Shown here piece after piece: positions 12,801-24,938 of a stretch of 64,000 nt of DNA. This DNA comes from Macrostomum lignano (lineage: Eukaryota): NCBI GenBank assembly GCA_002269645.1, contig NIVC01002115.1:124001-188000 (forward strand), written 5' to 3'. A program made the position numbers and the translations under genes. Below the pieces are notes generated by a model. That model was not told the DNA's origin and ran no database searches. It saw only the letters and a list, made by a program, of their open reading frames with translations. How positions within the stretch are numbered: position 1 is the stretch's first letter; each line of letters begins with the position of its first letter.

Positions 12801-14519
12801 AACTACGCAACAGCCTACTCAACAAAAACCCTCTTAAAAACAACCCACTCTGAAGCGAACCCCTTAGCAACAAACCACTCACCACCTACGAGCGTAGCAA
12901 CAACCCTACGAGAAACAGCATCACACAGCCTATTTCATTTAGCACTGAGCCGCCAACAGCCGCAGTCCCATCCCAAAGCACTCACGGAGCCGACTGAATC
13001 CTCTTGATCCGGCTGAGTTTCTCTCGCCTACCCTCGACCAGCGAAGCCGCAGTCTCGCACCTGTACGCCTCCCAGGTGCGCACAGCCGATCGACGTTGGC
13101 GTAGTTGAGCATCAGTTGGCACGGTGCCAGCGTGTTCTCGTACGAGTCTGCTCAGATTCTGGCGACCCAGAACGGTGAGCTGGTTGCGGTGCAGCCGGTA
13201 GACGGTGACGTGAGATTTTGTGCACACAGACAGGCTCGACTCGCAGCCTTGCAGAGGGCTTTCCTCTCCGAACATGTCGCCTGAAGTTTCAGGTAATGCA
13301 GAAATTTAAAAGCAAACTCCAAAGCAGGGGGGACGGCAAATTCCGTCCAAGGAAGACTCTCTATCCGACCCTCAGGTCCTTTGGAACTTCACAATAGCAA
13401 TCTGGCCCACTTGATGTATACATGTGTATCTCTTCTCAGCGCCCTCCCTCTCAATTCTCTCTAATCTCCTCTCATGATTCACATAGGATGTACACGAGTC
13501 CTATTTGAGTCATGCATCCTATGTTGCATCCTATGTGGACTGCCACTTTGATTAGCAAGCTAACAAACAAACAAACGAATAGTTCTTCAGAACCCAGTCT
13601 CACCTTTGTCAAAAGTACTCAGAGCAAACGCTTCGGTCTTCTCTTGGCCGTCCTCCTGAAAGCTCAACATCCGGTACGCTTGACACCTGCCGGAGGTGAG
13701 AAAGTACAACCAGTCGTTACGCTCGCCCTGTTTCAGCACCAGCGAGTCGGGACGCAGGTTCTCCTTCACCAGATGGGGCACCAGGGCCTCTTTCTCCGAC
13801 ACTGGCAACTGGCTGAGAAAATTCCACTCGGCATTGAGGAAATCGATTGTTTCGTTACGCAGTTGCGCCTCGATGTTGCGCATCAGGGCGTGGAACTTGG
13901 CCCGATCGACGCGCAGCAGCTCGCAATCGGTCTTACAGTACAGCGTCGCCGGCGGTGCCAAATCGCCTTGGTCCTCGTCGCCGTGGCTGAGCAGGCCGAG
14001 GTACTCGCCCATGCCGTGAGTGTACACGATGTTGGGCTGGAACATCTGCTGCGACACCGTCGCTCTGTTGTCGTCGTCAGCAGGTGCCGCTGGCTCGTAC
14101 GTGGCCTCGAGGCTGCCGTGCAGGATGTAGTAACAGGAGAACTGCTCCTCGTGCGGTCGCTTCTGCAAGTAGTCGAACGCTTTGTACACCCCATGCGTCA
14201 GACAGTTGGCGATGGCCAGTTTCACGTGACTCCTGCCCCGGTGAATCAGGCGCAAGCTGTCAATAATATTTTTCAGTACTAGACGTTCGGAGTCGCTCAA
14301 GTGGAATTTGTGCTCCCGTTCCAGCTGCTCGTTTCGCTTCATCACTCGCGCGGCTGTGGCCGTGATAGCAATGCTGCCGACGCCGAAGATTCGTCGGTTG
14401 AAGATCGGCGGCCCCTGACTGTCGCGACCGCCGCTGCGCTGTTTCTCCTCTTCGCGCGCTTTCGCCGTGGCCTCAATGAACGACTTGCGCTCGTTGAGGC
14501 GCTGGAGCAGGCCGAGCAT
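3856..14519 (-). CDS. Protein with two degenerate cyclic-nucleotide-binding (CNB) domains, CNBD1/CNBD2-like, about 740 aa. Exons: 14519-13604, 13280-12986, 12173-12085, 11993-11839, 11472-11341, 9758-9616, 9015-8781, 4113-3856
   Basis: The exon 1-2 junction rebuilds the CNB motif LVLKQGERNDWLYFLTSG...FDK|GDMFGEE. An upstream repeat reads YYILHGSLE...GMGEYLG...CKTDCELLRVDR. All seven introns are GT-AG and phase-compatible; the exons sum to 2223 nt = 741 codons. Exons 3-8 rest on splice/phase logic only, and further 5' exons are possible. Confidence 0.75.
4418..8743. repeat. 22-23-bp G-rich minisatellite (GATTCCTGAGGAGTGTTGGGGG[C/T]), about 190 copies, filling intron 7 of the CNB-domain gene
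   Basis: Unit read directly; a GATTAATGAGGAGTGTTTGGGG variant is interspersed every 4-17 units (mostly 6-10). Confidence 0.98.
9059..9475. repeat. 21-bp minisatellite (TCCAATGTAAACTACCCCGTA), about 20 copies, in intron 6
   Basis: Unit read directly; it explains the repetitive ORFs 9038..9526 and 9110..9559. Confidence 0.97.
9852..9925 (+). mobile_element. tRNA-derived Pol III head (SINE head or tRNA pseudogene)
   Basis: GGGGCCGTAGCCCAGCGGTAG (A-box-like) and GGCTCGATTCC at 9902-9912 (B-box-like) at tRNA spacing. Acceptor and anticodon stems pair poorly, so not a functional tRNA. Confidence 0.5.
9936..10827. mobile_element. Non-autonomous hAT-type DNA transposon (MITE), 892 bp
   Basis: TIRs CAGTGTTAGGCACC / GGTGCCCAACACTG (13/14 match). 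Exact 8-bp TSD AATTTGGG at 9928-9935 and 10828-10835. Subterminal regions are packed with GTTAA/TTAAC motifs. No ORF. Confidence 0.9.
10870..11260 (-). mobile_element. tRNA-derived SINE with CORE/V-SINE-like central motif
   Basis: Minus strand begins GGGTTGTAGCCTAGTGGTTA (A box), then GGTTCGATTCT (B box), then GTGTCTTTGAGCAAGACACTTAACT, which resembles the conserved central box of CORE/V-type SINEs. 3' end approximate. Confidence 0.7.
11535..11815. repeat. Degenerate 12-bp repeat (GAGTTCATGAGT), about 22 copies, in intron 4
   Basis: TCATGAG recurs at about 12-bp period. Confidence 0.9.
12300..12780. repeat. 17-bp minisatellite (CCCAATCTCAGCAACTA), about 27 copies, in intron 2
   Basis: Unit read directly; it explains ORF 12201..12788. 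Confidence 0.95.
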
Positions 14520-16864
14520 GCTTATAGAGAGAGACGCTACCTCAGTGACATGACAGTCGCAGCGACAGGCATGTTAGCGATAGCGATCTTTACAGTCAGT
14601 GAATGGGGACGAGAACAGGTGCTATAAAGGGGAGCAGGTGGGGTTAGGGCTTCCCTAGCTACTGCAGACTACCTGTTCCCCAAGCTGCTAACTCTTTTTC
14701 CCTATCATCGATTTCAACAAGCAACGCGATAGGCCCGCCAATGGTGGTTCATTCTTGCAGGCGGGCAGGCAATGCGTTGTATAATCCCTCCGCGTGCCAT
14801 TCAGCATTTCCATGTTTCCTTCATCTCGCTCCCGCATCCATCTCTTGCCTAAAGCTCTGCCTCCCGCCCCCGTCTTCAGCTCCTATGCTCCCCATTCCCC
14901 TCATTACCAGTATAGACTTGCAACAGAAGCCGGGAGAAACAGAGAGAGGGAGAGAGACAGAGAGAAAAGATCCTGCATTTTGGGTCGCGGGCACGCGTGC
15001 TCAGGGGGAGTTGGCTGTGGGTCCCTGCAGCAACTCCAAAATAGCCTCTCATACCGGACAGCGACCGCGCGTGGAGTGAGGGGGGGAATTGTGCGCGACT
15101 GCAGAGTGCGGCAATAATCTTGAGCACTTGTTGTCATTAGCGACCGTATTGAATTGTTTTTGTGTTTCCTTCTGCGAGGAGGCAAAAATAGACAGGGGAA
15201 AGAGAGCTAGGAGAAAAAACTGTCTGTACCAATACTGACTGACTAGTAGCTGTCCAATTCACAATGCCCTGCATGCATTTTTCACTTCTAATTTCCTGCA
15301 ACTCAAAATTTGACAATCCCCACGAAACTTGCTGCATGCTACTTAAGTAAAAACGTTTTTGTTGGTTTTGACGTCTACGAGTACATGTAATTAAATTTCG
15401 CGTCTATGAATACAAAGAAATACCAGTTAGTATACGAGTGAAATTGTGACAGCAGTGCCTCAGATGACTTATTCTGATTTTTATCAATGACAAATCTATA
15501 GGCTTGCATTCACGCAGGATGCGGACAGCCAAAAACTGAAAAGCAAACTATAGATCACAATCTCAACGCAATCCTCAAGTCGACAGCTGGCGTCTCGATC
15601 AGCAATTGCAGGCAGTCGACGAAAAGTCCTCGCCGATAGTCATCAGCAGCATCTGAAGTGACCGCGATGGTGCAACAGATGGTGACAGATTGCTTGGATT
15701 GATAGAGTCCTTACATGTCCTCTGCAGCAAGTTACAAACCCATGAATTTGTGCGCAAGAGCCAAAATGAATTGCGCTTCGATCGTGATTACATATTTCTA
15801 AACGCAATACCGATCAGACATTGCGCCTGCGTCATCAGCACTAAAAATGTTAAAAGTACATTCATACTGTTATACATACCCCTACCCTACACAGGCGCCA
15901 TGTTCTAGTGCATGTATAACCTTAGTCATCATCTGTATATCCTGCATCTTCAAATAATCTTCAAAAGTCCCCAAAAATTAGGGAAAATTGTGTCTTATAC
16001 CTATGTATCTTAGAGGGAAACCTTTCCGAATCTGCTCAAACGATTACGTCATCCGTTTTTTGTAGTGGGTTTTGCACCATCGTTGGAAGCTCAACTGATG
16101 TGATTGCGTGTTTCCCTCAGATTTTGTAATACTGCGAGGGCACCCCTTGCACAACGCCTTCGGTAAGACATGTACACTCTCTGTGCCTTGGGGGGGGGGG
16201 GGTGGCCCTCATGGCTTTGAATTCCACGACAAATCCCCGAATAATATAAAATTACGCTCGTAAATGCTGACAAATTTCTGACAAAGTTATCCGGCCAGTT
16301 GTGTAACATACATGCATACATTTTTTTATTTTGGCCGAAAGTACGAGACAAGCTCAGCAAGTCGTGCGGCACCCGCTGCCCGCTCAGTTACTACTGTTTA
16401 TTTCTTATCCTTGTTCTGAGGTTCTAAAATCACTACACGGATTATATTAGTCAATCAAAAAAGACAGATCAGATTTGAAAAAAATTACAACTATCAAGGA
16501 AAAAGGTTCATTGAAATAGGTCGCAGATAGCGCTACCAGACGCGTGTAAAAAACTGTGGAGGAACTGACATCCGAATGCAGAGATGTATTTACAGATTAA
16601 CCACCAGTAAAAAAAATCATAATAGTTTATATAATTAAACAATAAAATTATAAACTCGATTACTAATCAATCAAAATTCAACAAGAAAAAGTTGATTGAT
16701 TAGTAATTATAGTAAAGTTATACGGCCAAAAATATTAGAAATAATGCTACTGCAGTACTGCCTAATAAAATAGACCCTAATAAAGTAGACTTGTCATTCA
16801 TACGCGGCAGTAGGTACAAAATGAACGGACAATAAACCATACTGCAAACTACTGATATAATTCT

Positions 16865-17280
16865 CAAGGACCTACTCAAGTAGTAGGACGGGAGACAACG
16901 TTTTTGGAAAGTTTTAGAAGGCAGATTTTAATGCTTCGCCATACCTATCGCTCGATTGATATTCGTAGAGCTTTTTGTATAGAAAATTAGGATGCTATTG
17001 TATACGTCAATTCTATTCACTACGTACAATCGCACATTGTGAATTTCTATGCCTAAAAAATCGTAAAAAAGGCACAACACAAGTCGACTCATAGGTTTTA
17101 TGAACCGATGTTATGTGACACAGTCAATAAGCTTATAATGATAAAATAGTTCATGAAAACCCGTGTCGAGCTCCGCTATTTTAAAGGTTTCTAGGTACAG
17201 GACATGAACGTCTGATGCAATAAAAATTTGTAGAATCCTAATTTTCTTAAACAAAAAGCTCTATGAATATCAATAGAGCT
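16865..17280. mobile_element. Non-autonomous derivative of the dispersed CAAGGAC...GGACGG family, with an internal ~48-bp inverted repeat
   Basis: Starts CAAGGACCTACTCAAGTAGTAGGACGG, like 22537 and 42374. Segment 16950-16997 is the imperfect reverse complement of 17232-17280. Confidence 0.55.
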
Positions 17281-18202
17281 ATAAGAAAGTTTTTTTGTTA
17301 TTTTCTAGCTTAAGAATGTGACTTTTTGACGATGTGAAATTTCGAGCTTGTGAAGTTTTTTCATTGTTTATATGACGCGACCAGTTTTTTGCCTTAATCT
17401 AACAAGAAACAGTTAATTTGCACGAGTTATTTTGATAGAAAAAGAAACAAAGGTGCACAACGATTGTACTATAATTGCATCAGTAAATTTCATAACTTGA
17501 TTTCGCATTAAGCACAGTTATTAATTCAGGGCCTAAATCTTGGCCAGAATAAAATTTGTAAAAGCGTACACCAAGTACTTCGAATGCGTACTTTGACACT
17601 TGATGATAAAAAGTGTTTAAAAAAACTTGGCAGCTACAAATTAAATGTCTACTCCAAATAAACAACGCAGCGTCTTGTACTCTAAAAAAGTAATATTATC
17701 GGATAATAACGCAAAACGCAAACGAATATCAGAGCTTTTAGCAAACGAATTAATACATTTTTGTAAGTATCTGTGACAATGCAAATAATGCAACAGTTTT
17801 CAAAAAGAACAACATACATAATTAAAACTACTTATTTTAGACATAGGAAAATTTTTTAAAAAGCAGACATGATTAAAATTAAATCAATACAATTATTGCT
17901 AAAAATTTGCTGGCTTACCAAAGAGTTCAACACCTGCTTGACGAATTTGAGAAAAGCTTACAAATTTGTTAGTTATTTAGAGATTGCATAATAAGTACAC
18001 AACATAAAGTTTCTCGCAAGCGAAGCAAAAATTTTATGCATTGATTTTAAGTAACATGGAATGCATTCGATCCTGCTCACTGATTCAACTCCTACCAGGT
18101 AGATATTTAGCTTGTCTGTCGCAATGGATCTGCAAATCAAGTCAGGATTGGTATTTGCATCTAATTGTATATACAGCTAATAAACAGCAACTAAAGTGAC
18201 TC

Positions 18203-18664
18203 ATCAACAGCATCCGGGTCAATCAAAAATGCAACATCCGGGTCAATCAACAATCCTGTAACATCCTGTAACATCATGCAACATCCGGGTCAATCAACAA
18301 TGCAACATCCGGTCAATCAACAATGCAACATCCGGGTCAATCAACAATGCAACATCCGGGTCAATCAACAATGCAACATCCGGGTCAATCAACAATGCAA
18401 CATCCGGGTCAATCAACAATGCAACATCCGGTCAATCAACAATGCAACATCCGGGTCCAATCAACAATGCAACATCCGGGTCAATCAACGATGGCAACAC
18501 CGGGTCTTCAACAATCCAACATCCGGTAACATCAATGCAACATCCGGGTCAATCAACAATGCAACACCGGTCAATCAATCAACACATGCAACATCCGGGT
18601 CAATCAAAATGCTCAAACATCCGGGCCAATAAAATCTCTAATCAACAATCCAACACCCGGTCAC
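18203..18664. repeat. 24-bp minisatellite (CATCCGGGTCAATCAACAATGCAA) running into the assembly gap
   Basis: Unit read directly; it explains the QHPGQSTM-type ORFs. Confidence 0.93.
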
Positions 18665-19072
18665 NNNNNNNNNNNNNNNNNNNNNNNNNNNNNNNNNNNN
18701 NNNNNNNNNNNNNNNNNNNNNNNNNNNNNNNNNNNNNNNNNNNNNNNNNNNNNNNNNNNNNNNNNNNNNNNNNNNNNNNNNNNNNNNNNNNNNNNNNNNN
18801 NNNNNNNNNNNNNNNNNNNNNNNNNNNNNNNNNNNNNNNNNNNNNNNNNNNNNNNNNNNNNNNNNNNNNNNNNNNNNNNNNNNNNNNNNNNNNNNNNNNN
18901 NNNNNNNNNNNNNNNNNNNNNNNNNNNNNNNNNNNNNNNNNNNNNNNNNNNNNNNNNNNNNNNNNNNNNNNNNNNNNNNNNNNNNNNNNNNNNNNNNNNN
19001 NNNNNNNNNNNNNNNNNNNNNNNNNNNNNNNNNNNNNNNNNNNNNNNNNNNNNNNNNNNNNNNNNNNNNNNN
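18665..19072. other. Assembly gap (408 N)
   Basis: Run of N; ORFs spanning it are artefacts. Confidence 1.
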
Positions 19073-20576
19073 TTGGACACATCTACGCTTCAGGAATACT
19101 CCTTTCAGTAGGCTATTCCAAACATTTCTCCAAATCCCAAGTCCCAATTTTATTTCCCAACCCATAACACAATTTGGTGACAAACAATAGGATTAAACTA
19201 TAAATAAACACCCCTACAACAGTTTTGATAGCTAAGTGGTAGGATCAAGCCATAGTAAATAGAAAAACCCCTACAACATATATTATAATTTGCTTTTAGT
19301 TTTAGATAAGACTTTCTTTTTAGTATTATAAATAATGAAGAATTATTAACTTATGATTTATAGACTAGGCCTAGTAAGTAAATAATATAAGCCACATGTC
19401 AATAGCTATTTACATTTGCTTATAAAACATTTCTATGCCTAGAACTCTAGAACTCTAATTAAACTAAGACTCTAGACTCTGGAATGTTACATGTATATTA
19501 GAAAATTTGGGTATGCAAATGACTTGTTTAAAGTTGGCATACAAATTTTGGTGTACAATTTATACATTTTTTGGTACACAAATTCATATCCATTTTTGGC
19601 CTATAACTTTTGGTGAATAAATTCATGTTGAGCATGAAAATTTCAATGTAAATTAATGTTTTATGTAAAATAAAGGAATATTTGTATACTTAAGACAGTT
19701 AGGCCTAATAATAAACTTTCTGCTTCTTTAAAATTAAAAATTATTTAGATTAGGCCTAGTAAAATTATTATAAAAATGTAAATGTTGCATCAATGTTTTT
19801 ATAGAATATAGGTATAATTAAGTTTGTCTAAAATGAAAATATTTATAATAATAATATTTTAAAGAATACTTTTCATACAAAAACCTTTCTTAGGAAACTC
19901 AACTTGTGAAAACCAAATGACCTTCTTAGGAGGCTTTTTTAGTTTACATTTTAAGGATTTTTTTGTTTTTGGCATACACTGGCATACATTTAGCTAAGAT
20001 AAGATTCTTGTTCTGGCATACACACACAATACACTATAATTACACAATCCAGACCCTAGCTAAGACTTAGAATAATTTGGTCTTTTAATTTTGCCTTTAG
20101 AAATATTAAGATTTAGTATATTTAGATAAATAAAGAAGCAAAGGATCACGACCAGGGAGTGAACGAAAATTTAAAAGTCAGTAGTAGACCCCCATCTACC
20201 ACTGTTATATTGTTTTTGGTTTGCATCAAAGCATCGAGTTAAATATTTGTTAGGACCTTACTGAAAACTTTAGGAATTTGACTTTTTAGAAATAAAAATA
20301 TTGCCACAAGTCAGCTTCAGGCCTGTGGGATCAGAACTTCAGAAGAGGTGAGACTTATAATTCAATAGGTTGTTTCCAAGGCGTCTCTCCCTAACACGCA
20401 CTGGGTGATTAACACGCACCGCACCGGCACATTAAAACAAATTGGACTATAACTGAAGACATTTCAAAATGCGTTTTCTGTTAAGCTTCAAGTTTTTATT
20501 GCAGAATCTCTTTCGTTTAAGGTGTCGTAACTGGGTTGAGCTGTATTGGTGACAATGCAGTCAACTCGTGGTATAT

Positions 20577-21783
20577 CGGGTCTATGAAATTTGCTTGCGA
20601 GAAGTTTGCTTGCGAAGTTTGCTTGCGGGACTTTTGCTTGCGGAAATTTGCTTGCCGAAGTCTGCTTGCCGAAGTTTGCTTGCGGGACTTTTGCTTGCGG
20701 AAATTTGCTTGCCGAAGTCTGCTTGCCGAACTTTGCTTGCGGAATTTTGCCTGCCGAAGTTTGCTTGCCGAGCTTTGCTTGCCGAACTTTGCTTGCCGAA
20801 TTTTGCTTGCAGGAAATTTGCTTGCTGCACATAAGCTTGCCGAAGTTTGCTTGCAGGAAATTTGCTTGCCGAACTTTGCTTGCAGGAAATTTTCTTGCGA
20901 GGTTTGCCAGCCAATTTTTTGCGGAACCTTAAAGAAACCTATTTTTGAGCTCTTGTATTTCTAATTTTCATTTTCTAAGATTCGTGGAAGTCGCCTATAG
21001 TGTTATGATTTTGTATGAGGATATGGCGGATTATTAACTAAATTTTATATACTAAAATATTATTAGTATATGCATATTACATTAGCATCACTGCAATTAT
21101 CATACCTGCTCAATCGTGCTGAAATCAGGAACTACAAATATTTATACTGTTACCGATCCCTATCTACCTATACTAAATCTCTAAGCATTCTATATACTAC
21201 ATTCTTAGAATGAAACTCTATAAGCCTAGTTTGAAAGCTTAGTGTCAAGTCAGTTTACGTCGACCCTGATAAGAATCCACTTGCAAAGCATGCATCTGTA
21301 GTAAGTAATAATTGACTGACCAACTTTACAAGCAATCAAAACAAGCAAGCAAACAAGAAAATAATTCTGCAAGTTAAAACCTTGCGATTGTGTGATTGCA
21401 AATTTCTAGAAAGCAGACATCAAAATTTCGCAAGCAAAGTTCGGCAAGCAAAATTCCTGCAAGCAAAGCTCGGCAAGCAAACTTCGGCAGGCAAAGTTCC
21501 TGCAAGCAAATTTCCTGCAAGCAATTAAAGTTCGGCAAGCAAAGTTCGGCAAGCAAACTTCAGCAAGCAAAATTCCGCAAGCAAAGTTCGGCAAGCAAAG
21601 TTCGGCAGGCAAAATTCCGCAAGCAAACTTCGGCAAGCAAAGTTCGGCAAGCAAAGTTCGGCAAGCAAAGTTCGGCAAGCAAAATTCCGCAAGCAAAGCT
21701 CGGCAAGCAAAGTTCGGCAAGCAAAATTCCTGCAAGCAAAGTTCGGCAAGCAAACTTCCCGCAAGCAAACGTCGTACTCCCGG
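20577..21783. mobile_element. Foldback-like element, about 1.2 kb: two oppositely oriented arrays of a 15-bp unit (AAGTTTGCTTGCCGA) around a ~500-bp AT-rich core
   Basis: Array 20588-20910 reads TTTGCTTGCCGA and array 21412-21770 reads TCGGCAAGCAAA. Both outer ends share CGGG-N2-TAYGA-N2-TTTGCTTGC in inverted orientation. Confidence 0.75.
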
Positions 21784-22536
21784 TATATCCTCTGCAGCCT
21801 TGCTCTAGAACACCAGAGAGAGACGCTTAGACCAGCGACGAATGGAGGCGTGCAGATCGACAGACATATATCCAGACAGATATTGCAGACAGACGACATT
21901 CGTAGCCACAACAGGGATGACAAGGCGGACAATCGCTCTGCGTCTACTAGAGCAGGACTGATGATGAGACGCGCAAGAGGATAAAGACGAGAAGATATAA
22001 ATTAGGAGGGGAATTGAAGACTTGCGAAAGGTAATTAATTAAGCGGCTGCATGTGGCGTGTTTAAGAGTGTTTTTCAATTCGGAGCAACATTTGATTAGC
22101 AATTTACATGTTAATTGTACTCGTGTGGGTTCAGTCGGTAACGGAATATAACTGCGTGGCGGCCAGACCGGTGTGTACGGCTGAGAGCGGGGCCCGCCTG
22201 TGCACTAGCTAGTGTTCGATTACCGGGAGTTGGCCACGATCGCCAGGCAGCAGAGAGAGAGACAGCGGGCGACGCCATGCGCGTCTTAAATAATAAAGGA
22301 AAAGGAGGGAGAAGGGCCGACAGGGATGACGGGCAGCCAGCGGGCAGCCAGCGCGGGGCAGCCAAGACAATCCACCCCACGACCAGCCAATCACGAGCCT
22401 CTGCTGGGGGAGGGGCTCAGGGCAGGAAGACAAATTATTGGACGAAGACAGCTAGAGCGTAGGCCAGCAGGATGAGGCGTAAGCACTAAAATTCGGCCTG
22501 ATCCACCGGCCCAATCACAATCAGTGGGTGGGGGGG

Positions 22537-22795
22537 CAAGGACTACTCAAGTAGGACGGAAACCTCGATCGTTTCTTAGAAAATTTTAATTAGGATGCAG
22601 TTTTTTTCCGAAAAAATGCAATACGGAGATAGGAACTTTTCATTTTTTCAGCACAAAAATTGTTATTGCTTTCAATAGGAGGCAGACCCAATGTTCATCT
22701 TTTGATATGTTGTGCATTTCTATATTAGCTCTGTTGATATTTACGAGTATAAAGCTTTTCGTTCAGAAAAGTAGGATTCTATGCTAAATTTTTTC
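22537..22795 (+). repeat. Dispersed repeat upstream of the transposase, probably its left end
   Basis: CAAGGACTACTCAAGTAGGACGG...AATTGTTATTGCTTTCAATAGGAGGCAGACCCA...AGCTTTTCGTTCAGAAAA aligns by eye to 42374-42615 and partly to 16865-16997. Confidence 0.7.
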
Positions 22796-23049
22796 TAGCA
22801 CGACGTACGGTTTTTCTGCAAATTGACCACCAGACCGACAACTCGACATCGTCTGCAAAGTATGATAATGATGATTACGTTGGGTACGTCGTTCTACACA
22901 CAGGTAACGGAATTTCCATGATTTCAGCAATTTGTCTGCTCTGGCAGTCTGACATAGCCAGCTGCCTTTCGTTCTGTGGGCCTGCTGGCGCCCCCTTGAA
23001 AATTCAAGAGCGAGTTACCAACGCGGTACTCTATCGCCACGCTGATTGA

Positions 23050-24938
23050 CGGGTTCGTCTGAGAAAACTATATCCGACGTCGCCGAAAAACCTTTATACG
23101 CGACAGTCCAGCAGTTGTGCTTGCAAAATATGTGAGACTGCCCGGTTCAACCCGATTGGGAAAGGACTGGGAACATGGAAACCAGAGCCACATTCGCTTG
23201 GACGACCCGCGTGTTCGGATCCAGATCATGGTCTGCCACCGGCACAACCTGTTGTCATCTGCCAGCGCTGCCACTCAATGGTTGGCAGAGGTTTGCCTCA
23301 CTACTGCACGCAAACACAGCGACGAGAAAATCTATTCAGTAAGTTGTCGCTAGACCGTCGAGGTGCCGAAATCCACGCAAGTGACGTGATCAAAGCTAAG
23401 GCTGCTTCCACCGGCTCAAACTCTAGATTTCAATTGGCAACTAGAGGTCGTGATCTTACAGTGTGTGTTGGGCAACGGGCTGGTAGTTCTACATCAATGA
23501 GAGGTGGCTGCGCCGTACCAGCAGAGGAATTCAGCCGATTCCAGCAGACGCTGTGTTTGAGCGGTCGGCAAACTAAGTTGGCCGCCCAATTTTTTCGAGC
23601 ATGGAAAGGACGCAAGAGCATTGAGCCAAATTTGCGCAGCAAACTGAGCGCCATCGACTCTGCTCTAGACGATTTGTTTGAGTTGACTAACCTAGAGATG
23701 GACTGTGCCAAAGGAAAAAGGGAAATGCGCAGCATTGTATTCTGCACTGATCCTCTGGCTCTGATTGACAGAGTGATGGCACGTCGTCAGGTCAGTGCAG
23801 ATGACGGCGCATTGATTAAAGTTGGCATCGACAGTGGAGGCGGCTTCTTGAAGTTTTGTGTTAGCATTGTGCCTGCTCAAGGTTTAAAAGATCAACCTAC
23901 CGGAAGTCGCAGCACGTACGCAGAAGGCGCATGCCGTTTCCATTTTGAGGATGGAGGAGTCCGTAAACTGCTCCTGCTTGCCATTGCCGAATCTGTTTCC
24001 GAGTCCTACGATAATCTGCAGCAGATCCTGAATCTTCTTAATTTGCAAGGATTTTCATTCTGTGCAGCAGTTGATATGAAAATTTCGAATGCGATCCTGG
24101 GACTTCAGTGCTGCAGCAGCACCCATCCCTGCCCTTGGTGCGAGACTGCCAGGATCGATTTTTCTAATCCAGACCGCACGAACGTGTTGAGATCGATCGG
24201 CGGTATTCGGCTACAGGCATTTGAGTACCAGCGCACTGTAGAAGAAAAAGCGCCGCGCAACGTGTCTGCTGCTGCTTTCAAAACTGTGTGCGTCCTCCTC
24301 TGCTCGAAGTTCCAGACAGCACGATGGTGCTCCAGGCCATTCCACCAATGGGGCTGCATCTCTTGCTTGGCGTGACCAATCGACTATTCGAAGAACTGGA
24401 CACTCAACTGCGAGGACTCGAAGACTGTCAGATAAGCACCGATGACTGGCTACAGCAGCTTGGCCTTCGACGACCATTGCAGAACGGTGGGAACTTTGCC
24501 GGAAACGCCTGCGAGTGTCTTCTAAATGGCGTCGACATTTTGATTGCAATGCTGGCTCAGCACAATGTGTTTTCGGCAATGCCTGTAGCTCACGCCCTAC
24601 GCTGCTTCCGCGATGTGAAGGCCTCGTGCTTTGGTATGAGTGTGTGTGGAGACTTTGAGAATCGAGTCCGGGCATTCGAACAAGCCTATATCGATCTTGG
24701 AATCCGCGTCACCCCGAAAGTCCACGCTGTTATTGACCACGTTGTCCAGTTTTTGAACATGTCCAATCTAGCTGGAGAACCCAAGAAGGGACTTGGCTTC
24801 TGGTCTGAGCAGGTGGTTGAGACTGCACACCACGATTTCAGCAGCATGTGGCAAGACTTTCGGATCGATTTTCATCATCCATCGTATCCAGATCGACTGC
24901 ACAAGTGTGTTGTTGCATACTGCTCTCGTCATGCCTAA
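23050..24938 (+). mobile_element. Chapaev-like (CMC/Transib/RAG1 clan) DDE transposase, about 630 aa, with one frameshift at the A-run 24280-24283
   Basis: N-terminal CACKIC (CxCxxC) and CQRC...GRGLPHYC zinc motifs. Core motifs: KVGIDSGGG (D), AVDMK (D), HPCPWC, PPMGLHLLLG, FAGN, KVHAVIDH (HxxxxH) and WSEQVVETAHHDF (E). Adding one A at TTCAAAACTGTG joins ORFs 23278..24375 and 24288..24938 as FKNCVRPPL. Confidence 0.85.

Noticed and set aside
13512-14627. Plus-strand ORFs 13512..14282, 13696..14019 and 14301..14627
   Set aside because: Antisense shadows of the GC-rich CNB-domain exon.
15540-15910. Coding-looking stretch (ORF 15690..15908 and an antisense frame)
   Set aside because: No recognisable motif, and both strands are equally plausible.
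19073-20340. AT-rich block after the gap (similar in style to 44200-46150) as foreign or contaminant DNA
   Set aside because: No ORFs or diagnostic motifs; consistent with ordinary AT-rich intronic or intergenic sequence, though the join across the gap is unverified.
24276-24283. Programmed -1 frameshift in the transposase
   Set aside because: TTTCAAAA is not a canonical XXXYYYZ slippery heptamer; a homopolymer indel or mutation is simpler.
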